Source of the DNA: an uncultured Planctomycetota bacterium
GTDB taxonomy: Bacteria; Planctomycetota; Planctomycetia; Isosphaerales; Isosphaeraceae
Direction: 5' to 3'
NCBI GenBank assembly: GCA_963737655.1
Contig: CAVTTN010000002.1
Coordinates: forward strand, 6,080,001-6,144,000
Length of the DNA stretch: 64,000 bases
In this document: positions 1 through 9,200 of the stretch, one piece after another
Layout of the letters: each line of letters starts with the position of its first letter
Numbering within the stretch: the first letter of the stretch is position 1
Program-made: the position numbers and the translations under genes
Notes under the pieces: generated by a model
Told to the model about the DNA's origin: nothing
Seen by the model: the letters and a program-made list of their open reading frames with translations, nothing else
Databases searched by the model: none

Positions 1-3000
1 ACGCCGAGTTCACCGACTCCGGCGGCAGCACCCAGGTGAACCTCCAGGGGATCGTCTTCGGCACCAACGCCGGAGGTCGCCTGCCCCTGGAACATTACCT
101 CGCCGCGACCCTGGCCGAGCGCGTCGCCCTCGCGAACGGGACGAAGACCGTCGAGGCCGTGGCGAAGCAACGCAAGCTCAGCCCCAAATATCTCGGCATT
201 CTTTGGTCGGCCCTGAACGCGAACGAGCCCTCGCCCCTGCTCGACGGCGTCCGCTCTCGATGGAAGGCCGCGAGCGAGGCCGACGCGGCGGCGATCGCCC
301 GGGAAATCGGCCTCTGGCAGTCGGCGCTCTGGAAGTTCAACAGCGTGGGGCAGCTCGGCAAGATCGGCGGGCCGAAGTCGTGGATGGAGCCGGTCTCCCC
401 CTTGCAGACCGGGCAGGAATTCCGCCTCCCGCTCGCCCCGCCCGCCGACGGGAAGGACGTCACGCTCTTCCTGAGCGCCGAGGCCGCCTCCGAGGGACCG
501 GGTCGGGGGGCGGTCGTCTGGGAGAATCCCCGGCTGGTCTCGCCCGGGATGGTCGATTTGCCCCTCCGAGACGTTCCCGAGGTCTCCCGAGGCTTGCTCG
601 CCCGTCGCGAGACGGTCTTCGCGGCGGCGGAAAAGAGCCTGGCGGCGGCCGTCGAGGCGGGCGAGGCCCGAGAGGGCTTCAACCCCGAGGACCTGGCCCG
701 CAAGCACGACGTCCCGCCCGACGTCCTGGCCTCGTGGCTCGACTCTCTCGGCCTCGGCAGCGGGCCCGTGGCGATCACGTCCCATCTCCGGGAGAAGAAT
801 CGGAAGGGATCGGGGTTCGATTTCGTGAACGGCTGGGGGCCCGGGGCCACGCCGAACGTGACGGCCAATTCATCGGACACTCACGTTCGCATCCCGGGCA
901 ATCTGCGGCCTCACAGCGTCGCGATGCATCCGTCGCCGACGTTGCGGGTCGTCGCCGGCTGGCTGAGCCCGGTCTCGGCGACGTTGAAGATCTCGGGATC
1001 GGTCCAGCACGCCCATCCCGAGTGCGGCAACGGGGTGACCTGGGCGTTGGAGGTCCGCCGCGGGTCGACCCGCCAGAGGCTGGCGGCGGGGGTGTCGCAG
1101 GGTTCGAAGGTGATCCCGCTGGGCCCGTTCGAGGGCGTTGCGGTGAGGCCCGGCGACCTGGTTTCGCTGGCGATCGGCCCCCGGGACGGCAACTACTCGT
1201 GCGACCTCACGGCCGTCGACCTGAACCTCTCGGCCGACGGCCAGGCCTGGGACCTGGCCGGGGACGTCTCGCCCGACATCCTCGCCGGCAACCCCCACGC
1301 CGACCGGCTGGGCCATCCCGGGGTCTGGCACTTCTTCACCGAGCCCGACCGAGGCGGCGACCCCGGCACCACGTTCCCCGCCGGATCGGTCCTGGCGAAG
1401 TGGCAATCGGCCACGACCCCCGAGGCGAAGGCCGCGCTGGGTCGAGAGGTCCAGGCCCTGCTCTCGGCCGGCCATCCGCCGAAGGACGGCCCCGACGCGG
1501 CCCTGTATCGCCAGTTGGCCTCCTTGCGGAGCCCGCTGTTCCGGTCGGTCCGAAGCGAGATCGGCAAGGTCGCCGCCGGGGCCCCGGCCCCGGGGATCGG
1601 GCCCGCGACGTTCGGGAAGAAGCCCGGGGGCGAGGCGATCGAGCCGACGAGCCTGGGCGTCGAGGCGCCGTCTCTGGTCGAGGTGACGATCCCGGCCGGC
1701 CTGGTGGAGGGCTGCGAATTCGTGACCTCGGCGCGGGTCGTCGCCTCGGGGGCGCGGAGGCCGCGCAGTTCGCGGTCTCGACGGCGAAGCCCGGGTCGGG
1801 CCCCCGGCCCGACCCGTCCCGTCCCGTGATCGTGGCCGATTCGGGCCCGGCTCGCGAACGGTATGAAGCGGCGTTCGCCGCCTTCCGCTCGCTGTTTCCT
1901 CCGGCGCTTTGCTATACGAAGATCGTCCCGGTCGACGAGGTCATCACGCTGACCCTCTTCTATCGAGAGGACGACCACCTCCGCCGCCTGATGCTGGACG
2001 ACGCCCAGGCGGCGAAGCACGATCGGCTCTGGGACGAGCTCCGGTTCATCAGCCAGGACGCCTTGATCCTCGTCGATGCGTTCCAGCAGCTCCTGGAATA
2101 CGCCTCGCAGGACAGCGACCCGAAGGTGCTGGAACCCCTGCGAAAGCCGATCATGGACCGGGCCGCGGCGTTCCGCAAGGCGCTGGTCGAGGCCGAGCCC
2201 AGGCAGCTTGACGCCGCGATCGCCTTCGCCGAACAAGCCTACCGCCGCCCCCTGAAGCCGGGCGAGGCCGAGGAGCTTCGCGGCCTCTATCGCAAGCTTC
2301 GCAACGAGGAATTGCCCCATGATGATGCCTGGAGGCTCGTCCTGGCGCGAATCCTGGTCTCTCCGGCGTTCCTCTACCGGGTCGAGGCGGCCGGTCCGGG
2401 TTCGGCCGCGTCGCCGGTCAGCGACTGGGAAATGGCCAGCCGTTTGAGCTATTTCCTCTGGTCGTCGGCCCCCGACCCGGCCCTCCGAGACCTCGCCGCC
2501 GCCGGCCGATTGCGCGATCCCGACGTGATCGCGGCGCAAGCCCGCCGGATGCTCCAAAACGAGAACTCCCGCCGCCTCGCAACCGAGTTCGCCTGCCAGT
2601 GGCTTCATGTCTATGATTTCGACACCCTTGACGAGAAAAGCGAGCGGCATTTCCCGACGTTCAACGGCCTCAAGGGCCCGATGTACGAGGAGACCATCCT
2701 CTTCTTCACCGACCTCTTCCGCCGAGACCTGCCCGCGCTCGCATTCCTCGATGCCGACACCACGTTCCTCGACGCCCGGCTGGCCGAGCACTACGGGATT
2801 CCCGGGGTCTCCGGCGACGGCTGGAGGAGGGTCGAAGGGATGAAGGCGGCCGGGCGGGGCGGCATCCTCGGCCTCTCGACCACGCTGGCGAAGCAGTCGG
2901 GGGCCTCGCGGACCAGCCCGATCCTCCGGGGCAACTGGGTCGCCGAGGTCCTCCTGGGCGAGAAGCTGCCCAAGCCGCCGCCGGGAGTCCCGCAACTGCC

Positions 3001-3460
3001 CGAGGACGAGGCCGCGACCGGCGGCCTGAGCGTCCGCCAGCTCGTCGAGAAGCATAGCCAGGACGCCAAGTGCGCGACCTGCCACGTCCGCATCGACCCG
3101 TTCGGCTTCGCCCTCGAAGGCTTCGACGCGATCGGCCGGAAGCGCGAGAAGGACCTGGGCGACCACCCGATCGCCGTCGAGGCGAAGCTGCGAGACGGCA
3201 CCGAATTCCGAGGGCTCGACGGCCTCCGAACGTATCTCCTGACGACCCGTCGCGAGGCGGTCTCCCGCCAGTTCTCGCGAAAGCTCCTCGGCTACGCCCT
3301 GGGCCGAGCGGTCCAGCTTTCGGACGACCCGTTGCTCGACGAGATGACGAAGCTCGTCGCCGGAGGGGGCCGGATCGGCGACGTGGTCGAGACGATCGTC
3401 AAGAGCCGCCAGTTCCGGGAGATCCGCGGGCGCGATGCCGTGGCCACGGAGGCTCCGTAG
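1..3460 (+). CDS. Planctomycete DUF1592/DUF1588/DUF1595/DUF1585-type cytochrome c domain protein, 5'-partial, one frameshift near 1750
   Basis: ORF 36..1829 continues in the 203..3460 frame after a G-run near 1748-1752. C-terminal motifs: ILVSPAFLYRVE, EMASRLSYFLWSSAPD, RTSPILRGNWV, heme motif CATCH, IDPFGFALEGFDAIG, KLLGYALGR. Confidence 0.85.
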   Translation, partial: RRVHRLRRQHPGEPPGDRLRHQRRRSPAPGTLPRRDPGRARRPRERDEDRRGRGEATQAQPQISRHSLVGPERERALAPARRRPLSMEGRERGRRGGDRPGNRPLAVGALEVQQRGAARQDRRAEVVDGAGLPLADRAGIPPPARPARRREGRHALPERRGRLRGTGSGGGRLGESPAGLARDGRFAPPRRSRGLPRLARPSRDGLRGGGKEPGGGRRGGRGPRGLQPRGPGPQARRPARRPGLVARLSRPRQRARGDHVPSPGEESEGIGVRFRERLGARGHAERDGQFIGHSRSHPGQSAASQRRDASVADVAGRRRLAEPGLGDVEDLGIGPARPSRVRQRGDLGVGGPPRVDPPEAGGGGVAGFEGDPAGPVRGRCGEARRPGFAGDRPPGRQLLVRPHGRRPEPLGRRPGLGPGRGRLARHPRRQPPRRPAGPSRGLALLHRARPRRRPRHHVPRRIGPGEVAIGHDPRGEGRAGSRGPGPALGRPSAEGRPRRGPVSPVGLLAEPAVPVGPKRDRQGRRRGPGPGDRARDVREEARGRGDRADEPGRRGAVSGRGDDPGRPGGGLRIRDLGAGRRLGGAEAAQFAVSTAKPGSGPRPDPSRPVIVADSGPARERYEAAFAAFRSLFPPALCYTKIVPVDEVITLTLFYREDDHLRRLMLDDAQAAKHDRLWDELRFISQDALILVDAFQQLLEYASQDSDPKVLEPLRKPIMDRAAAFRKALVEAEPRQLDAAIAFAEQAYRRPLKPGEAEELRGLYRKLRNEELPHDDAWRLVLARILVSPAFLYRVEAAGPGSAASPVSDWEMASRLSYFLWSSAPDPALRDLAAAGRLRDPDVIAAQARRMLQNENSRRLATEFACQWLHVYDFDTLDEKSERHFPTFNGLKGPMYEETILFFTDLFRRDLPALAFLDADTTFLDARLAEHYGIPGVSGDGWRRVEGMKAAGRGGILGLSTTLAKQSGASRTSPILRGNWVAEVLLGEKLPKPPPGVPQLPEDEAATGGLSVRQLVEKHSQDAKCATCHVRIDPFGFALEGFDAIGRKREKDLGDHPIAVEAKLRDGTEFRGLDGLRTYLLTTRREAVSRQFSRKLLGYALGRAVQLSDDPLLDEMTKLVAGGGRIGDVVETIVKSRQFREIRGRDAVATEAP

Positions 3461-3621
3461 GGCGGTTCACGGCCGGGCTGCGAACGCCGGCCCTCGTCGG
3501 GCCGGCCTCGGCCTGCCGTCTTCGCGGATCTCGGCTCGCTCGCGGGATTCTGGTAAACTTCATTCCCGACGCCGCCTGCCACCCCACCCCCGCCCCACCC
3601 CGAACCCGCCCGAGGCCCGAG

Positions 3622-4929
3622 ATGAACGCCAGCGCCTATCAGTTGTCCCGTCGGACGTTCCTCCGCGGTGTCGGCGTGAGCATGGCCTTGCCCTGGATGG
3701 AGTCCCTGAAGGTCTGGGGCGACGAGGCGAAAGCCGGGGCGAGCGAGGCCCCGGTGAGGATGGCCGTCCTGTTCTCGGGCAACGGCTTCCATTCCCGCGA
3801 GTGGTGGGCCAAGGGCTCGGGCCGCGAGATGGAACTGGGCAGGGTGCTCGCCCCCCTGCATCCCCACCGCGAGAAGATGCTGTTCATCCGCGGGCTCTAC
3901 AACGCCGAGGCGCTGAAGGGGAACATCCACAGCTCGCAGACCGGCAACCTCCTCTCCGGCGCCCCCCTGGCCTCGGGCGGCGACATCCGCTCGGGCACCA
4001 GCGTCGATCAGCTCCTGGCCCAGACCCACGGGCGATCGACCAAGGTGCCCAGCCTGGTGCTCGGCTGCGAGAAATCCAACCCGTCGGTCCACAAGAATTA
4101 TTCGATGCTCTACTCGTCGCACATCTCGTGGAGCTCGCCGACCACGCCGACGCCCCTGGAGCTCTACCCGGCCCTGGCGTTCGACCGCCTGTTCAAGGAC
4201 GAGGCCCGCAAGGGGGACGAGAGCGTCCTCGACGCCGTCCTCGAGGACGCGAAGGACGTCCGCCGCGCGGTGAGCGTCTCCGACCAGAGGAAGCTCGACG
4301 AATACCTCGACTCGGTCCGCGAGGTCGAGCAGCGGATCGAGAACGCGGGGCGTCGCGGGGAGATGCAGGGCTGGCGGCCCACCCTGGACAAGCCCAACAT
4401 GGCCCGGCCCGCCGACGGCATCCCCCAGGACATCGGCGAACATATGAAGCTGATGTGCGACATCCTCGTGCTCGCCTTCCAGACCGACACCACCCGCGTC
4501 TGCACCCTCAAGCTCAACAACGACCACAGCTCCCTGCGATTCCCCAATCTCGGGGTGGATTACATGATCCACCACCTGCTCTCCCACAGCGACACCGACG
4601 ACTGGCTCAAGGTCAACCAGTTCTTCCTGAAGCAGCTGGCCTACGTCGCCGCGAAGCTCGACGCGATCCAGGAAGGCGGGCGGACGGCGCTGGACAACTC
4701 GATGATCCTGTACTGTTCGAGCATGCTCGTCGGCGGCAGCCACGACGCCACGAAGCTGCCGGTGGTGATCCTGGGCGGGGCCGGCGGGAAGCTCAAGACG
4801 GGCCGGGTGCTGGACCACCTGAACGACCCGAACCGCAAGATGTGCAGCCTGTTCCTCTCGATGCTGGACAAGGCGGACGTCCGCCTCAAGGCGTTCGGGG
4901 ACTCGACGGAGCCTCTGTCGAGCCTGTGA
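3622..4929 (+). CDS. DUF1552 domain protein (Tat-exported)
   Basis: N-terminus SRRTFLRGVGVSMALPWMESL has a twin-arginine signal. Motifs SVDQLLA, AFDRLF, KLDEYLDSVREVEQRI, LAFQTDTTRV and LPVVILGGAGG are typical of the family. Adjacent to a DUF1592 gene. Confidence 0.9.
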   Translation: MNASAYQLSRRTFLRGVGVSMALPWMESLKVWGDEAKAGASEAPVRMAVLFSGNGFHSREWWAKGSGREMELGRVLAPLHPHREKMLFIRGLYNAEALKGNIHSSQTGNLLSGAPLASGGDIRSGTSVDQLLAQTHGRSTKVPSLVLGCEKSNPSVHKNYSMLYSSHISWSSPTTPTPLELYPALAFDRLFKDEARKGDESVLDAVLEDAKDVRRAVSVSDQRKLDEYLDSVREVEQRIENAGRRGEMQGWRPTLDKPNMARPADGIPQDIGEHMKLMCDILVLAFQTDTTRVCTLKLNNDHSSLRFPNLGVDYMIHHLLSHSDTDDWLKVNQFFLKQLAYVAAKLDAIQEGGRTALDNSMILYCSSMLVGGSHDATKLPVVILGGAGGKLKTGRVLDHLNDPNRKMCSLFLSMLDKADVRLKAFGDSTEPLSSL

Positions 4930-6040
4930 CCGCGGCCGGGCGATCCTCCCGGGGCGGCGGCGGCGGCGGCGGCGGCTGCCCCATCCGTTTCAGGTGCCGG
5001 AAGTGGGAGCGGAGGGCGGCCGGGAACGGCATCGCGTGATAGGTCACGCCGTATTCCCCGGCCGTCTCCCGGATGATCTTCGAGAGCGCGACGTAGTGGA
5101 CGTGGCAGACGTCCGGGAACAGGTGGTGCGCGGCGTGGGCATTGACCGCGCCGAGCACCCAGTTCGCCAGCCGGCTCTCCGGGCTGTAGTCCATCGAGGT
5201 CGCGAGCTGATGGGCGGCCCACGACCCATCGACGTACCCCCGCTCGTCCGCCTCGGGGTAGGCGATCTCCTCGGCCACGTGCGTGCTGACCAGGGGGAGC
5301 GTGAACGCCAGAGAGGCGGCGCCGTGCATCAGCGCGAAGCCCAGGACGATCGCCGGCCAAGGCTGATCGATCACGATCAGGGGGACGACCAGCATCGCCG
5401 TCAGGTAGATCAGCTTCTCCGCCGCGACGATCGCCATCACGCGGAGTCGCCTGAGGTCGCCCCTCACATTCATGTTCGCCAGGCTCTCGCGGAAGAAGAA
5501 TTCAAAATCATAGATGAAGATCGTGTAGGGCGAGAATAACATGTAGACCACGGGCGCATAGAGGTGCTGATACCGGAAGTGGGGGCGGTGGGGCGACGCC
5601 GGAGTGACCCGGAGGAACGGGTTGTCGTCCATGTCCGCGTCCCCGCCCTGGACGTTGGGGAAGGTGTGGTGAGAGCCGACGTGCCGCCTCTTCCACAGGT
5701 AGGGACTCGTCCCGTTGAGGAGGAACGTGGCGTAGTAGATCGCCCGGTTCAGGGGGCGGCTGGGGGTCAGGGCGTCGTGGGCGGCGTCGTGGGCGAGGTT
5801 GAAGGCGACGAGGATGCCGGAGACCCCGAACAGGACCGCCGCCACCAGCAGGGGCAGGCCGCTCAGCCGGTTGCTGAGGATCAGCCCGTACAGGCCGAAG
5901 GTCGCGGCGAGCAGGACGATCCCCTTCAGCGCCACCCGGCGGTCGCCGAAGCGGGTGACCCCCTCGGCCTGGAAGTAGGCCGAGGCCCTCGCCCGGACGG
6001 CCGAATGGAAACCCTTGTCCCGGCCATTGCGGAACTTCAT
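4886..6040 (-). CDS. Membrane fatty acid (acyl-lipid/acyl-CoA) desaturase
   Basis: Three His boxes (HDAAH, HVGSHHTFPN, HAAHHLFP) plus TM segments. Start MKFRNG at 6040 follows an AGGGAG RBS. Confidence 0.9.
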   Translation of the reverse strand: MKFRNGRDKGFHSAVRARASAYFQAEGVTRFGDRRVALKGIVLLAATFGLYGLILSNRLSGLPLLVAAVLFGVSGILVAFNLAHDAAHDALTPSRPLNRAIYYATFLLNGTSPYLWKRRHVGSHHTFPNVQGGDADMDDNPFLRVTPASPHRPHFRYQHLYAPVVYMLFSPYTIFIYDFEFFFRESLANMNVRGDLRRLRVMAIVAAEKLIYLTAMLVVPLIVIDQPWPAIVLGFALMHGAASLAFTLPLVSTHVAEEIAYPEADERGYVDGSWAAHQLATSMDYSPESRLANWVLGAVNAHAAHHLFPDVCHVHYVALSKIIRETAGEYGVTYHAMPFPAALRSHFRHLKRMGQPPPPPPPPREDRPAAVTGSTEAPSSPRTP

Positions 6041-6294
6041 GACGCTCCCTTCGCCCGACGCGGGCCCGAGGCCGACGATGCCCCGTTCCGATCCGTGAGC
6101 GCCCGCGAAAACGGGCCTCGATGCCCGGACCATCTTCATCGGCGACGTCCCGGCAGGCAAGGCCGGACCCCCGAACGGCCGTCGCGCCGAATCGGCCGTC
6201 TCTCGAGGGGGGTTTGACATTCCGCCCGCGTTGCCGGATTTTGAGGAGGGTTCCGGTGGAGAGGCGAAGGATCGTCCCGGAGGGGGCCGAGCGC

Positions 6295-9200
6295 ATGGTC
6301 GAGGAATCGAAGGTCGGTCGGCGCCCGGTCGCCTGGCTCGTCCCCCTAAGCTTGGTGTTGCTGCTGCTGCTGGCAGGCCGGATTGCCCCGGCCTCGGGCC
6401 AGGAGGTCCGGCTCACGGACGCCGCCGAGCGAGGGACGTTCAACGTCGGGCCCGCCCGGGCCGAGGTCCAGCCCTCGACCGACCCGAAGGCCGGGGCCCT
6501 CCTCCGGTTCGATTTCACCATCCCCCAGGGGGCCGCCGCGGGGGTCTGGACCAAGAAGTTCCCCGAGGCGATGCGGGAAGGCGAGATCGACGTCGTCCGC
6601 CCGGCTGCCCGATCGGCCGACCCCGCCGGCCTCCGCGACGTGGGCGTGACCCTGGAAATCAAGGGATCGGCCGGCGTCCAGCGAATCCCGATCGAGCTCC
6701 ACCACGACTGGGCCTCCGCCGAGAGGTCCGTGGACTGGAAGGCGATCGGCTCGGTGTCCGAGGTCGTCGTCTCGGTCGCCCGGATCGGCGACGGCCCCCC
6801 GGCGACGGGCACCATCGACCTGGATATCCGGTTCGAGCGCCTGCCTTTCTTCCAGAGGTTGGCCGCCTACCGGACCGCCCGGTTCGGCGGGGTCCTGCTG
6901 GTGGGCCTGCTCCTGGCGGCCCTGGGCGCGAGGCCCCTGCCGAAAGGGGCGCTGGCGCCGGGCGGCTTCCTCCGCGACGCCGTCCTCGGCGTCGGCGCGG
7001 TGGGGGTCGCGGCCGTGGTCGTGGGGGTTTATGCCCTCGGGTCGAAGGGCCCGATGGAGGTCGGCTGGCATCCGCTCGTCTTCGCCGGCGCCGGCGCGGC
7101 GCTGGCGGCGTGGTGGACATTCGCCCTGTGCGGCCGGGGCCCGACTCGCGGAGAGATCTTCCGCGACGCCCTGGCCACCGGCCTGCTCGCGGCCTCGTCC
7201 AGCCCGTCGGCGATCCTCCAGCCCCCGGCGGAGTGGTCCGACCTGTTCGCCCTGAGCGCGTTCGTGGCGGCGGCGGCCGTGGGGCTCTACCACGTCGCCA
7301 AGGCCGTGAGGCTGGCGACGGCGGGGAAGTCCCTGGGTTGGATCGCCGGGGGCTTGATCGTCGGGACGCCGTATGCCGTCGGCTCGCTCACGCTCCTGGA
7401 ATCGGCCGGCCTGATCCACGGGCTCGGCGACCTCCTCGGCGGCAAGGCGTTCGCGAGCCGCCCCGAGATCGCCGAATCGCTCGGCCGGGTCGCCGTGCTT
7501 TTCGCGTTCAACGAGCTCGTGGCCAACGCCCTGGGCCTGGCCACGAAGAGGACGCCGTTGAAGGGGTGGAAAGGCCACCTCGCGATGCTCAGCGTGGCCA
7601 TCGCGGCGGTGGCCGGGCCGTGGATCGCCGCGATGGGATCGGGCGAGGCGGTCGCCTCGTGGCCGCCGGTCGCTCGGGCCGTCGCCGTGGTGGCGGCCAC
7701 GATCTTCTCGCAGGCCGGGCTCTGGGCCGAAGGCTATCTCCTGACCGGGTTCCTGCTCGACGCCCTCGCCGGCCGGCCCCCGACGGCCGATTCCTCGCTG
7801 TCGCATCCGATTCTCGGCGCGAGGAAGGGGATGGTTTACAGCGGGACCTTCATGGCCCTGCTCTCGGTCATCGCATTGCTCGCCGACTGGCGGGCCGTGC
7901 AATGGCTGGCGAGGTCGGCGCCTCTGGTCCTGGGCCTGATCGGTGGGGCCGTCGCGTTCCCGCTGGGCAAGGCGATCATCGAGACGTTCGACGGCAGCCA
8001 GGCGTTCTTCCGCCGGGTCGGGAACGCCTATCGCGACCCCATGCTTTATGCCCGGGGGGCGATCGTGGGCGCGGGGCTGGCTTATGGGCTGTCTCGCGGG
8101 CTGCCCGGAGAGGCGATGTCCTGGCGGATCGAGTTCGGGTTCGCCGTCGGTCTGCTCGCATTCGCCGGGGTCAACCTCCTCCGAGACGGGATCGGCGCCT
8201 CGACGGGCCGCTACCGGGTCCAGCCGGTGCGGTCGTATGTCGTCCTCGGCTTGCTCGGCGGGTTCATCGGCGCGGCGATCGGGTTCTATCTCGATTCGGT
8301 GCAGGTCGCGGTCGTGGTGAGCAAGTTCCACGAATATGTCGATCCGGGCCAGGCTCCGCGGATCTTCGACGACCGGATCCTGCTGAGCAAGTGGGGCCTG
8401 TTCAACCTCGGGACGCAGGCCGGCGGCCCCAGCCTCCTGTTCGACGAGGCCCTGGCCGGCGTGATCACCTGGTCGATCCCGTCGTGGCTGTTCGCGATCA
8501 ATCGGACGTTCCTCGCCGCCTATTTCGACCGCGAGGCCGGCCCCATCAAGGCCCTATTCACCCGGGCGGGGCTGTTGCAGCTCGTCGAGAACATGATCGG
8601 AGTGTTGCGCTGGGGTTTGTGGATGTCGCCGATCATCAAGTCATTCCTCCGGCCGATGGGCGACCCCACCTGGTACAACCAGGACGGGGCGATCCGCACC
8701 GTGGTGGCCACGGTCCACGACCTCACGTCCAGCCCTCAGGAGTTCCGCGCCTGGAGCCTCGGCGTCTTCATCTCCTTGCTGGCTTATGACTCGGTCCGCA
8801 TCCTGATCTGGCTCGACCACTTCGGGCTCCGGGTCTCCACGCTCGTCAATCTGAGCTTCCTCGGGATGGACCGGCTCGACCGCCGATTGGCCCGGTTCCT
8901 CGCGCCGGAGAGTACCTCGCGATGCATCCCCGAGGGCGTGAAGCGGTTCACGACCTGGGCGCCGCTGCTGATCCCGTTCTACATCCCTCGGGGCAAGGAC
9001 TGGGACACCGCCTGGAGCCAGGCCGAGACCTTGCGAAGCCGCTCGGGCCCGGGGCCTCTGGCCGAATTCGCGGCGATGCCGGTCGGCGAGCAGGTGGCGA
9101 TCGTCCTGGGGGCGGTGCTCGGGGCGTCGGCCGTGTTCGCGGTCGTCCGATTGCTCCGAAGCCGCTCCGAAGGCCGCCGATCGCCGGCCTTCGCCGTCTC

